A stretch of 23,149 nt of DNA from Candidatus Zixiibacteriota bacterium. Lineage in GTDB: Bacteria > Zixibacteria > MSB-5A5 > GN15 > FEB-12. Below are positions 1 to 10,407 of this stretch, one piece after another. Each line of letters opens with the position of its first letter. The first letter of the stretch is position 1. The notes beneath the pieces are model-generated. The model was not told the DNA's origin. It saw nothing but the letters and a program-made list of their open reading frames with translations, and made no database searches. The position numbers and the translations under genes were made by a program. The DNA is taken from assembly GCA_041742355.1 (NCBI GenBank), contig JBGSIV010000074.1:1-23149 (forward strand), read 5' to 3'.

Positions 1-181
1 TAACGCTTATTGCCGTAGCGGCCGTGTCGCCGGTCAAAAGAACCCCGTCCGGATTGGGTTCCGGTTGAATCTGTGAATTGGGAGCAGTGGGAGAGTCACT
101 CTTGCTGCAGGTCAACGCAACGACAGACAACAACAGGCAGACGGTAATCGCGACTCTGGGCCGCAATGATAGCCTTTCCAC
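1..181 (-). CDS. Partial lipoprotein (N-terminal 60 codons; runs off the window start)
   Basis: Not in the ORF track. Minus strand reads AAGGAG, 7 nt, GTG at 181, then MERLSLRPRVAITVCLLLSVVALT-CSKSDSPTAPNSQIQPEPNP... This has a basic n-region, hydrophobic h-region, lipobox-like ALTC and a Ser/Pro-rich tether. No stop before position 1. Confidence 0.75.
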   Translation of the reverse strand, partial: MERLSLRPRVAITVCLLLSVVALTCSKSDSPTAPNSQIQPEPNPDGVLLTGDTAATAISV

Positions 182-286
182 TCAACTGCTCCTTTACCTA
201 AAGGTACCACGATCGATGAGCGCCTTAAAGTGGACTCGAACGTTCCCCACATAAGGACTACATAGATCCATATTTGATTCTACGGT

Positions 287-314
287 AATATAACTTCAGC
301 CGCTGAACGCACAA
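287..314 (-). promoter_or_regulatory. Putative sigma-70 promoter of the lipoprotein gene, with a palindrome in the spacer
   Basis: Minus strand TTGTGC-16 nt-TATATT. The spacer holds the perfect inverted repeat TTCAGC-C-GCTGAA (295-307). Confidence 0.35.
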
Positions 315-641
315 GAGCAAACTTTGGCAGATCTGAATGTCGGCAGGTGAAACGTTTGGCCCGGCGGTGACCGTGGGACCCGACCTGTTTGGCTTTATCA
401 CGGAACGAACGAATGTTCAAACCCAAACCATGTCGCTCCCCTTCCTACGGCCACAAAAGTAATGGGTGGCCACCAACAGGGCAGGGTTGATCGCAATGGC
501 TGTTTTTTGTGCCACTACGGCGGTGGACCACCCATTTTCACGAACGTCTCGACAGTGAGTGATGCCGTCGCTGCCCTTCAACAGCATCGCTCACCTGCGC
601 CGAAACGCTGCGTTGTTCAATCGCGATGTCGAATTCACAGG

Positions 642-907
642 GCAGGAGCCCCGAGGCTCCTGCGGTCCTGGTCGTGCGGTCTATCAAGGCGGGAGTCTGG
701 GGACTCCCGCCCTACTTCTTCGTACCTTATCAAGGCGGGAGTCTGGGGACTCCCGCCCTACACTTCTTCGTCGCCCGGCTTACCTGTGTCAGGCCGCAAG
801 CGGCCTGACCTACTCGTGCGTGTCTGAGCTCTCTGGGTCAGGCTGCAAGCGGCCTGACCTACATCTACATCCGATCGCGTGCGCGGCAGATGTCCTCATC
901 TGCCGCG
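642..907. repeat. REP cluster 1, downstream of eno
   Basis: Hairpin 642-663. Family A GGCGGGAGTC-TGGG-GACTCCCGCC-CTAC twice (682-715, 728-761, period 46). Family B GTCAGGCYGC-AA-GCGGCCTGAC-CTAC twice (788-813, 837-862). Family C GTGC-GCGGCAGATG-TCCT-CATCTGCCGC (879-906). CTAC is the reverse complement of the GTAG REP tag. Confidence 0.9.
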
Positions 908-935
908 ATCCCCATCGCAAGACGGCGTCGCCGAC

Positions 936-2651
<1,716 letters not shown>

Positions 2652-2677
2652 TTCTTCGATCTTCCGACCTTCATTCT

Positions 2678-2821
2678 GGGTAGTGCTCCTGACTAAACTG
2701 CCCGCAGCAGAGCTGCGGGTTACCCGGGTACTGCTCCTGACTGGACTACCCGCAGCAGAGCTGCGGGTTACTCGGGTACTGCTCCTGACTGGGCTACCCG
2801 CAGCAGAGCTGCGGGTTACCT
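2678..2821. repeat. Three 48-bp tandem units, each with a family D hairpin
   Basis: Units start at 2678, 2726 and 2774: GGGTASTGCTCCTGACTRRRCTR-CCCGCAGC-AGA-GCTGCGGG-TTAC. Confidence 0.95.
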
Positions 2822-2946
2822 CTTCGCCGCCGTCATCACATCTTTCTCCCGCCCGTCCCGGCATCACATATTGTAATTGACTGCATCACTCAACACCGGT
2901 TAACTGGACATTGACCCGACGCGGATGGTACAAGTCCTGATGGTTT

Positions 2947-2999
2947 GTGGCCCACCATTCATGGTGGGGCGGAGATCGCCCACAGCTTGCTGTGGGATC
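2947..2999 (+). repeat. REP copies, families E and H
   Basis: GTGG-CCCACCAT-TC-ATGGTGGG (2947-2968) and ATCG-CCCACAGC-TT-GCTGTGGG (2975-2996). Both recur elsewhere in the window. Confidence 0.85.
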
Positions 3000-3075
3000 C
3001 CTCGGATGTGCTGTAAGGTGTCCTCACCTGACCGCGCAAGCACAACGACCCGGCACCACAGAGAGGACTGTACCA

Positions 3076-3561
3076 ATGCCCGCGAAGAAGAAGACAGCGA
3101 AGAAGAAAGCGACAAAGAAAACAACGACGCGAAGCAGCGTAGGTCGGGTTCCGAAGGAGCGAAACTCCCGAGAAACCCGACAGGCTGACCGTCCAATCGC
3201 AAGCGTTAGCCGGATGCCGAGCCGCGTCAGCGGCGGGAAACCCGGCAAGAGCCGCAAGAAACCGAAGGATACACCGATGTCCGACCCTGTTGCTGTAAAG
3301 ACCGAGCCTGCGATCGAGGCCGAGGAGTCCGCTCTCTCGACTATCGAGAAGCCGGGCGCCACGACGACCGACAAGCCGAAGATCTCGATGCCCACGCTCG
3401 ACTGGAAAACCGCCACCTGTATTGTCTGCGGCAAACCGTTTGATTACCACGGCAAGAAGAAGCCGAAGATCTGCCGCGACGGCGGCTGCCGCTACAAGTT
3501 TGAGTACAACATCGATCCCGACAAGTGGGCCGGCCACCAGTCGGGGTTGTTCGACAAGTAG
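3076..3561 (+). CDS. Hypothetical protein, Lys-rich histone-like N-terminus and C-terminal 4-Cys zinc finger, 161 aa (alternative start 3277)
   Basis: GAGAGG, 9 nt, ATG 3076. MPAKKKTAKKKATKK at the start; CIVC-x12-CRDGGC near the end. A second AAGGA plus ATG occurs at 3277. Confidence 0.7.
   Translation: MPAKKKTAKKKATKKTTTRSSVGRVPKERNSRETRQADRPIASVSRMPSRVSGGKPGKSRKKPKDTPMSDPVAVKTEPAIEAEESALSTIEKPGATTTDKPKISMPTLDWKTATCIVCGKPFDYHGKKKPKICRDGGCRYKFEYNIDPDKWAGHQSGLFDK
3139..3246 (+). repeat. Two family G REP copies inside the 3076-3561 reading frame
   Basis: 3139-3181 GTAGGTCGGGTTCCGA...CGAGAAACCCGAC matches the reverse complement of intergenic 8615-8656. 3205-3246 is a diverged copy with the same layout. 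Confidence 0.8.
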
Positions 3562-3571
3562 GCTATTCGAG

Positions 3572-3688
3572 GTGGCCCACCATTTATGGTGGGAACCCGG
3601 CTATCTGCACCCAGAGAAATTGTAGGGCACGACCCTTCAGCGGTCGTGCCTTTGTCTTTGTGCCACGGACACACTTCGTGTGTCCGTG
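3572..3688 (+). repeat. REP cluster, families E, F and L
   Basis: GTGG-CCCACCAT-TT-ATGGTGGG (3572-3593); GTAG-GGCACGACC-CTTCAGC-GGTCGTGCC (3622-3650); GTGC-CACGGACACAC-TTC-GTGTGTCCGTG (3660-3688). Confidence 0.88.
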
Positions 3689-3787
3689 CGACGGCCATTC
3701 GGTCAAATCCCCTTTGCCGCCGACTGCTCCACCACCTCCGCCGAGGCTTGACTAAACCTCAATTCGGCACGCTCCGACTCAAGGGAT

Positions 3788-3817
3788 TTGACATTTGCCA
3801 CCGCCAATCCCTATCTT
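3788..3817 (+). promoter_or_regulatory. Sigma-70 promoter implying a leaderless mRNA
   Basis: TTGACA-18 nt-TATCTT, then 6 nt and ATG 3824. No Shine-Dalgarno. Confidence 0.65.
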
Positions 3818-3823
3818 CCTCCC

Positions 3824-4579
3824 ATGGTTGACCTGCAGCAATTTATCGATACCATCAAGGCGGAATTCCCCGACGACCGCCTCACCTGGCAGAAGGGGAT
3901 CACCACGTTCCACCCGGAATCCGCCGCCGAGGCCGCCGGGCTGATCAAACTCGCCAACCGGTACCAACAGCCCCTCTATATCACCGGTTTCGGCAACAAT
4001 ATCGATCCCGACGGCGCGCCGTTCACCCGCATGGTCACGATCCGCACCGACCGCCTCAACCAGTTCCACGGCGCCTCTAAAGAGGATTTCGCGGTCGAAC
4101 TCGGCGCCGGCTACCCGCTGCGCGAACTCAACCCCCGTCTCGCCAAAGACGATCTGTATTTCCCGCATGCCGCGCTTCCCTATGTCGGCTCGATCGGCGG
4201 CGCGCTGGCCGCCGGGCTCGCCGGACAACTCCACGGCGCGGAGGTCCCGCTCAAGAAGTACTTCATCAAAGCCGAGATAGTAACCCCCAATGGCGATATC
4301 ATCACGCCCGGCTCGCGGTGCTTCAAGTCGGTGTCGGGGTATGATATTGTCCGCGTCTTTTTCGGTTCGTGGGGTCTGCTCGGTCTGATTGTTCGCGCCA
4401 CTTTCCGTGTCATGCCGATCACCGGCGCGTTCGATTTCGGCGCGATGACGCAGCTTGGCCTCTCCCGCCAGCCCTTGTTGACCGCACTCGACCAGCGCAA
4501 CACCGATACCGCCGCTGTGTACTCCCGCAAGATCAAGGACCGCTTCGATCCCAACGGGATTTTCCCGATCGTGCCGTGA
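3824..4579 (+). CDS. FAD-binding oxidoreductase, PCMH/FAD_binding_4 fold, GlcE/GlcD-like, 251 aa
   Basis: Motifs GFGNN, VELGAG, SIGGALAAG, EIVTPNGDII, KSVSGYDIVRVFFGSWGLLGLI and C-terminal KIKDRFDPNGIF. Confidence 0.85.
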   Translation: MVDLQQFIDTIKAEFPDDRLTWQKGITTFHPESAAEAAGLIKLANRYQQPLYITGFGNNIDPDGAPFTRMVTIRTDRLNQFHGASKEDFAVELGAGYPLRELNPRLAKDDLYFPHAALPYVGSIGGALAAGLAGQLHGAEVPLKKYFIKAEIVTPNGDIITPGSRCFKSVSGYDIVRVFFGSWGLLGLIVRATFRVMPITGAFDFGAMTQLGLSRQPLLTALDQRNTDTAAVYSRKIKDRFDPNGIFPIVP

Positions 4580-4589
4580 TTGAGTATTC

Positions 4590-5593
4590 GTAGGTCGGGT
4601 TCGGAGGCGATTCGCGCCAAGAATCCCGACCCGTCACCCTTCGACTCCGCTCAGGGTGACGGAGAGTTGAGCAAAACGTGTCGACAAAGTCATGCCTGCG
4701 GAGGGGCACTCATGCATCTTGAGGTTTTCTTTCGCAGTCGGGTTTAACGGAGCCTTCGGCCCCTCGGAATACCGACCAACGCCTTGGCTCTATAGCCGAG
4801 AGGGACCCACCATGAATGGTGGGCCACAGGAGATAGGGTTCGTTTGGTGATCCCGGCATACGGTAGAGTCAGGCTTGACTGGGCCCCGGGCCAAGCCCGG
4901 GGTGACAGAGGAGGAGGCATTGGGTTCGTTTGCGCAAGGATGCGGTTTCATTGCTTGTCTCCCAGTCGGGTTTCTCGGGGCTTGCGCTCCTCAGAACACC
5001 GACCCACTATACCGAATCCTCACCGATACCCAGTCGGGTTTCTCGGGGCCTTCGGCCCCTCGGAACGCCGACCTACCGGAACGCCGACTTCTTGGATTGC
5101 CACGGTCGTACGCGCAGTCGCTTTGTCGAAAGCCAAGTCAGGCTGCAAGCAGCCTGACCTACGTCCATAAGCGCGCGGTGTCCTCAATGTCAGGACCGCA
5201 AGGGTCCTGACCTACAAGAAGAGTACTCGTGTCGAGCGGCCCGCAGCAGAGCTGCGGGTTACCTAGTACGTAGCTGAGAGGCACGACCGCTGAAGGGTCG
5301 TGCCCTACGTCGGACCGGTTCACACCATACCGATCCCACAGCAAGCTGTGGGCGACCCGGCCTACGAGAAGAGTACTCGTATCGAGCGGCCCGCAGCAGA
5401 GCTGCGGGTTACCAATTACGTGGCTGAGTGGCACGACCGCTGAAGGGTCGTGCCCTACGTCGGACCGGTTCACACCATACCGATCCGACAGCAAGCTGTG
5501 GGCGACCCGTCCGGTTCACACCATACCGATCCCACAGCAAGCTGTGGGCGACTCGTCCACCGGAATCTCCTCCCACCGCAAGCGGTGGGGCAC
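4590..5593. repeat. ~1-kb mosaic REP array (BIME-like)
   Basis: Family G at 4590-4630, 4737-4780, 4965-5007, 5033-5076. CGTC type at 4631-4662. E at 4806-4827. B at 5137-5162 and 5189-5215. 150-bp duplication 5211-5360/5361-5510 (D+F+H), partial third copy 5511-5552, H variant 5572-5593. Confidence 0.92.
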
Positions 5594-5719
5594 CCAGGCT
5601 GTGACTCCTCTGCCCATGTTTTACCCGCCATTGTCCCCAAATTCCCTTTTGACAGACTCATGATTCACGCGTTACTTAAACGCAGACCAATCGGGCGAAC
5701 ATCTGGAGGCAACGCGCGC

Positions 5720-8428
5720 ATGCGTTTGTACGGCACAGCGGATTTTCAGCCATTGATGCGATTCCCCTGCAGAGCATCGCTGTGCCTGTACCTCTGCGTG
5801 CTGCTCGCATCTCTCCTCCTCGCATCTTTCCTCCTCGCATCCCCCCTTGTCGCCCAACCCCGCGAGCGACCGTCGCACGCCCTCTCCCCCAATGTCGTGA
5901 TTGAAGACAGCCTCTGGATGACGGTTGTGCATACGATCAACCAGATGGCCCTGACGGTCAGCAACCGTGGCGTCATCGGCAAGCCGACCACCAGCTTCTA
6001 CGAGGAGTGGGACGCCTTCACCGGTTCCGTCATTCGGAACAGCATCATCTTCCCCCGCGGCAGCCGGCGCACGCATATGTCTTATCTCGAGCTCTGGGCC
6101 GGCCGCGACGCCAACCTCGGGCCCATTGTCAGCGCCGGTTTTGGAATTGGTGACCCGAGAAGCGAAGGGGAGTTTGTTCCTCTTGATCCCCCCGGGACAA
6201 TCGTGCGGCGGTCGACCACAAACCTCTTCGGCGCGCCCGCCCCGGAGGCGGTCTCCGAAGAAGACCTCGTCTGCGAATACACCGATACCATAATGATCCG
6301 GAGACCTGCCGGCTGGACCCATGTGACCGCGCCTAATCCCAACTCGCTCGGCATCGGCGTGCGCCAGGCGACTTACGGCTGGTCGATGCGCTACGCCGAG
6401 GATTTCATCATCGCGGAACTGACGTTCAAGAATATCGGGCGTGAACCCCAGCGCAACCTCTACTTCGGGCTGCACTACATACCGCTGCCGACGATCGCAC
6501 CGTCGTACATGGACTGCAGTTCCGGTTCCAACTGGGATCAGGTGGGTCTTCGCACCGCCGCACCCGCCGCCTTCGGCTGCGGGCTCGTCGACTCTCTCGA
6601 TATGGCATGGAGCGCCAGCCACTCCGGCACCCCAATCGACGGCGCCTGGCTGGAGGAATTGCGCTATGACCCGAGCGGGGAGTGCTTCTGGGGTTCCTCC
6701 CGGGGCGCGCTCGGGATCATGCCCCTCTATTCGTCCATCCCCATGCCGCACCCCAACTACAACTGGTGGTCGGTGCAGTATCCGCCCGACTGGCCGGAAA
6801 GCTACGACGTCTTCTATTTCGAGCCGAGCCAGGATGCGTCAGTCGCATCTTTTCGCCCCGATTCCTGGTGGCGCGGCGGCGACAAGGAGTATTTCCGGCT
6901 CATGTCGACCCGAGAGATCGACTACCCCACCTACCGTACCGCCGAGATAGCCACCTCCGGCTTCGGCAACTGGAACCAGATCCCGGTGGCGTGGGCAAAC
7001 ACGGTCGCGAAGAGGCCGTGGGCCGAGTGCCTGCTGTCCTGGGGACCGATCACCATGTTCCCCGGTGGAGAGGCCTCAATCACCTTCGCGATTGTCGGAG
7101 GAGAAAACCTCCATGTCGACCCGACCAACTACCTCAACCTGCCCTATTTCCCCAACCGTTACGAAGCCGGCCTGGATTTCTCGGATCTGGACAAGAACGC
7201 CCTGGTGGCCCGCTGGATTTACGACAACCCGGGTATCGACACCGACAACGACGGCTACTTCGGCGAGTACCGGGTCTGTGTCCGGGATTCGGTACTGGTG
7301 GGGAACGAGTGGGTAGCGCAGAAAGCGGACACGCAGTGGTACAGGGGGGACGGTGTCGCGGATTTCCGGGGCGCACTCCCGCCCCCGGCGCCGGACTTCT
7401 GGGTCACGCCGGTTCACAACGGCTTGCATGTCCGCATCAATGGCCAGGTGACCGAGACCGCGAAAGACATCTTCCTGCAGAAGCCCGATTTTGAAGGCTA
7501 CCGCGTCTACATAGGGAGAGACGAACGCGTGGCCAGCCTGAGTGTCGCCGCGTCCTACGATCTTGAAGACTTCGACAAGTACCGATTGAACCTTTCTCTT
7601 GAAGAGCCTGAGTGGCAGCTGACCGATGAACCGTTCAGCAAGGACGAGCTCCGCTGCCTCTACGGCTTCACGCCTGATCCCTGCAACGACAGCCTGTTTG
7701 ATCCCCTGCACTATACTCAGGTAGCCCCCTACCGGCATCCGCAGTACCCGAATGACTCCCTCTTCTGGTTCAAGCCGCACGACTACAACGCGAGCGTACA
7801 CGGCGTGTCGACACCCATCACCAGGACCTATCCCGATGCGCCCGATCCCCGCCCCCTGCCTGCTGATTCGATTTCCGACGACATGTACACTGAGGACGGC
7901 TACCTCAAGTTCTACGAGTACGAGTGTACGGTGGAGAATATCCTGCCGACGGTTTCCTACTGGGTAAATGTCACGGCGTTTGACTACGGATCCCCGGCGA
8001 TGGGGGTGACGCCCATGGAGTCCGACAAGAGCAAGGGCATTCTCGAGGCGTTCCCGTTGCACGAGCTCGATCGACCCCTCTCCGGCTCCGACAAGATCTA
8101 CGTCTACCCGAATCCCTACCGTGTCGATGCCGAGTACCGGGACATCGGATTGGAGGGCCGCAATCAGGACGATCGCTGGGATGAACGGGTGCGGGCGGTC
8201 TGGTTTGCGAATTTGCCGCCTGTCTGCACCATTCACATCTACTCCCTCGACGGCGATCGTGTCCGCACGATCGAGCACGATGTTCCCGCCGCCGATCCGA
8301 CTTCCCGCCGCCATGCCTGGGATCTGATCAACCGCAATTACCAGAAGGTCGAGACGGGGTTGTACTACTGGGTGGTAGAGATGCCCGGAGAGAAGACGCA
8401 GGTGGGGAAGCTGGCGATCATACGGTAG
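5720..8428 (+). CDS. Large secreted protein with T9SS type A-like C-terminal sorting domain, ~902 aa (alternative start 5756)
   Basis: GGAGG, 10 nt, ATG 5720; hydrophobic signal peptide. Motifs DTDNDG, PPPAP, DFEGYRVY, YWVNVTAFDYG; C-terminal IYVYPNPY...FANLP...IYSLDGDRVRTI...WDLINRN...GLYYWVV...GKLAIIR. The extra N-terminus in the ORF track is translated repeat DNA. Confidence 0.85.
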   Translation: MRLYGTADFQPLMRFPCRASLCLYLCVLLASLLLASFLLASPLVAQPRERPSHALSPNVVIEDSLWMTVVHTINQMALTVSNRGVIGKPTTSFYEEWDAFTGSVIRNSIIFPRGSRRTHMSYLELWAGRDANLGPIVSAGFGIGDPRSEGEFVPLDPPGTIVRRSTTNLFGAPAPEAVSEEDLVCEYTDTIMIRRPAGWTHVTAPNPNSLGIGVRQATYGWSMRYAEDFIIAELTFKNIGREPQRNLYFGLHYIPLPTIAPSYMDCSSGSNWDQVGLRTAAPAAFGCGLVDSLDMAWSASHSGTPIDGAWLEELRYDPSGECFWGSSRGALGIMPLYSSIPMPHPNYNWWSVQYPPDWPESYDVFYFEPSQDASVASFRPDSWWRGGDKEYFRLMSTREIDYPTYRTAEIATSGFGNWNQIPVAWANTVAKRPWAECLLSWGPITMFPGGEASITFAIVGGENLHVDPTNYLNLPYFPNRYEAGLDFSDLDKNALVARWIYDNPGIDTDNDGYFGEYRVCVRDSVLVGNEWVAQKADTQWYRGDGVADFRGALPPPAPDFWVTPVHNGLHVRINGQVTETAKDIFLQKPDFEGYRVYIGRDERVASLSVAASYDLEDFDKYRLNLSLEEPEWQLTDEPFSKDELRCLYGFTPDPCNDSLFDPLHYTQVAPYRHPQYPNDSLFWFKPHDYNASVHGVSTPITRTYPDAPDPRPLPADSISDDMYTEDGYLKFYEYECTVENILPTVSYWVNVTAFDYGSPAMGVTPMESDKSKGILEAFPLHELDRPLSGSDKIYVYPNPYRVDAEYRDIGLEGRNQDDRWDERVRAVWFANLPPVCTIHIYSLDGDRVRTIEHDVPAADPTSRRHAWDLINRNYQKVETGLYYWVVEMPGEKTQVGKLAIIR

Positions 8429-8435
8429 GGGGATT

Positions 8436-8885
8436 CGCGGCCGATGAGGGCATCGGGCGCGGATGCCGCAGGGGTCACGCAAGTCCCGGTGGAGTACAAT
8501 TGTGTCACCCGTGATGCATCTCCGAGTTGGGTTTGTTTGCGACCGCTCGGGGGTGACACATCGACACATTGGGTTCGTTTGTGCAATAGTCGCTCGTTCA
8601 TGGCTTGTCTCCCAGTCGGGTTTCTCGGGGCGTACGCCCCTCGGAACCCGACCTACGTTTGGGTTCGTTTTGGCATGTTTTCTTCTGCATTCGATTTCTC
8701 CGTTGGCTCTGTAGCCGAGAGAACCCACCATGAATGGTGGGCCACAGTTTAGCTGTCAGGCCGCAAGCGGCCTGACCTACTGACCCGGAGATTGGGTTCG
8801 TTTGGTAGTCCCAACATACGGTAGACCTCGGCGTGACTGGGGCCCGGCCTCCGCCGGGCTGACAGGATAGGAGCCGGGGTGACAG
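8436..8885. repeat. Mosaic REP array homologous to 4737-5007
   Basis: C-like hairpin 8436-8461; long hairpin 8501-8560; module Z 8567-8656; module X 8703-8747; family B 8755-8780; module Y 8787-8865. Confidence 0.9.
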
Positions 8886-9039
8886 GAAGAAGAAACTGAC
8901 CCTTCCCCCGGCCTGAGATCCTGTCTTCTTCCTGTCCTCCCCGCCCCCACCTTTTTTTTGAACCCCTTTACTCCAACTGTGTTGTTATTGTATCCGTGAC
9001 CCGGATCGCCCGAACCGCAAGCACAAGGAGTGACTCGAG

Positions 9040-9420
9040 ATGCCCAAAGCCGCCCCCGATGCCACAGTCGCCGTCCTCGGCGCTTCCACCAATCCCGAAC
9101 GCATGTCGTTCAAAGCCGTCCGGCTGCTCAAAGTGCGCGGCTACCAGCCGATCCCGGTGCATCCGGCCGGGCACACGGTCGACGATATCCCGGGCGTGAA
9201 ATCCCTCGACGACCTCCCCGCCCCACCCGACACCCTCACGATGTATGTCAACGCCGACATATCGAACACCGAAACCGACCGCATCCTGAAACTCCGTCCC
9301 CGGCGCGTGATATTCAATCCCGGCGCCGAGAACCCCGGACTGGCCGATAAGCTCCGCGACGCCGGGATCGAGGTGGTCGAGCACTGCACGCTCGTCATGC
9401 TCCGCCAGGGGGAATTCTGA
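9040..9420 (+). CDS. CoA-binding protein (YccU-like), 126 aa
   Basis: AAGGAG RBS; VAVLGASTNPER, GYQPIPVHP, FNPGAEN, AGIEVVEHCTLVML. Confidence 0.9.
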   Translation: MPKAAPDATVAVLGASTNPERMSFKAVRLLKVRGYQPIPVHPAGHTVDDIPGVKSLDDLPAPPDTLTMYVNADISNTETDRILKLRPRRVIFNPGAENPGLADKLRDAGIEVVEHCTLVMLRQGEF

Positions 9421-9471
9421 CCGACTGCTCGCGAGGCTTCAGGATTCATCCTTACGTTCGATAACCAGACT

Positions 9472-10305
9472 ATGGCGAAACAGAAGACTGCTTTCCAGGG
9501 AGAGCGCGGCGCGTTTTCCGAAGTCGCCGCCCGACGCCTTGTCGGCGACAGCGTCAGCCCTGTTCCCTGCGACACGTTCGACGCCGTTTTCGATACGGTG
9601 GAATCCGGCCGCGCCCGCTACGGCGTGATCCCGATTGAAAACTCTCTCGTCGGCTCGATCCACCGCAACTACGAGTTGCTGCTGGAACGCTCCCTGCACA
9701 TTGTCGGCGAAAGCCAGTTGCGCATTGTTCACTGCCTCGTGGCTGCGCCCGGAGTCTCCCTGCGCTCTCTCCGCAAGGTCTACTCCCACCCGGTTGCGCT
9801 CGATCAGTGCCGCCGCTTCTTTCGGAAGCACCCCCGGATCGAGCCGGTCCCGTTTTACGACACCGCCGGCGCCGCCAAAATGATCGCCGAAACCCGCCCT
9901 GATGATTCGGCCGCGATCGCTGGACCATATGCCGCCGAGCTCTACGGCCTGTCCACTCTCCGCGAGGGGCTTGAAGACGAGAAGTCCAACCATACGCGCT
10001 TCCTCCTGCTGGGCAAACGCCCCGCGAGAGTCGCCGGCAACGCCAAGACCTCCATCGTCTTCTCCATGAAGAACCAGCCCGGGGCGCTTTTCAAAATGCT
10101 CTCGGTCTTCGCCTTGCGCGATATCAACCTCACCAAGATCGAGTCCCGTCCCGTCCGCCACAAAACCTGGCAGTACTACTTCTACCTCGATTTCGAAGGA
10201 TCGCCGGCCGAGCCGACGGTCGGCCGTGCCCTCGAGCACCTCGAAGAACTCGCCAGCTTCATCAAGATCCTGGGCACGTATTCAAAGGTCACCCACTCCG
10301 ACTGA
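9472..10305 (+). CDS. pheA: Prephenate dehydratase (monofunctional, PDT plus ACT domain), 277 aa
   Basis: AFQGERGAFSE, PIENSLVGSI, SHPVALDQC, NHTRF, NQPGAL, INLTKIESRP. No chorismate mutase domain. Confidence 0.95.
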   Translation: MAKQKTAFQGERGAFSEVAARRLVGDSVSPVPCDTFDAVFDTVESGRARYGVIPIENSLVGSIHRNYELLLERSLHIVGESQLRIVHCLVAAPGVSLRSLRKVYSHPVALDQCRRFFRKHPRIEPVPFYDTAGAAKMIAETRPDDSAAIAGPYAAELYGLSTLREGLEDEKSNHTRFLLLGKRPARVAGNAKTSIVFSMKNQPGALFKMLSVFALRDINLTKIESRPVRHKTWQYYFYLDFEGSPAEPTVGRALEHLEELASFIKILGTYSKVTHSD

Positions 10306-10333
10306 ACGGCCGCCGGAGAGTCCATAATTCCGC

Positions 10334-10362
10334 TTGCCCGTCAGCGCGTTCCGGTCTATATT
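10334..10362 (+). promoter_or_regulatory. Putative sigma-70 promoter
   Basis: TTGCCC-17 nt-TATATT, 45 nt upstream of ATG 10408. Confidence 0.55.
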
Positions 10363-10407
10363 ACTCACAGTTCCATCCGCCCAAACAAACTCAACAGGGA
10401 TGAGTAT

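Noticed and set aside
2678..2821. CRISPR array (also considered for 682-761 and 5211-5552)
   Set aside because: The would-be spacers are near-identical rather than unique, the hairpins recur singly elsewhere in both orientations, and no cas genes are present.
5429..5444. Further sigma-54 promoters at TGGCACG (also 10514 and 22572)
   Set aside because: No TTGC at the required spacing, and they lie within a REP or a CDS.
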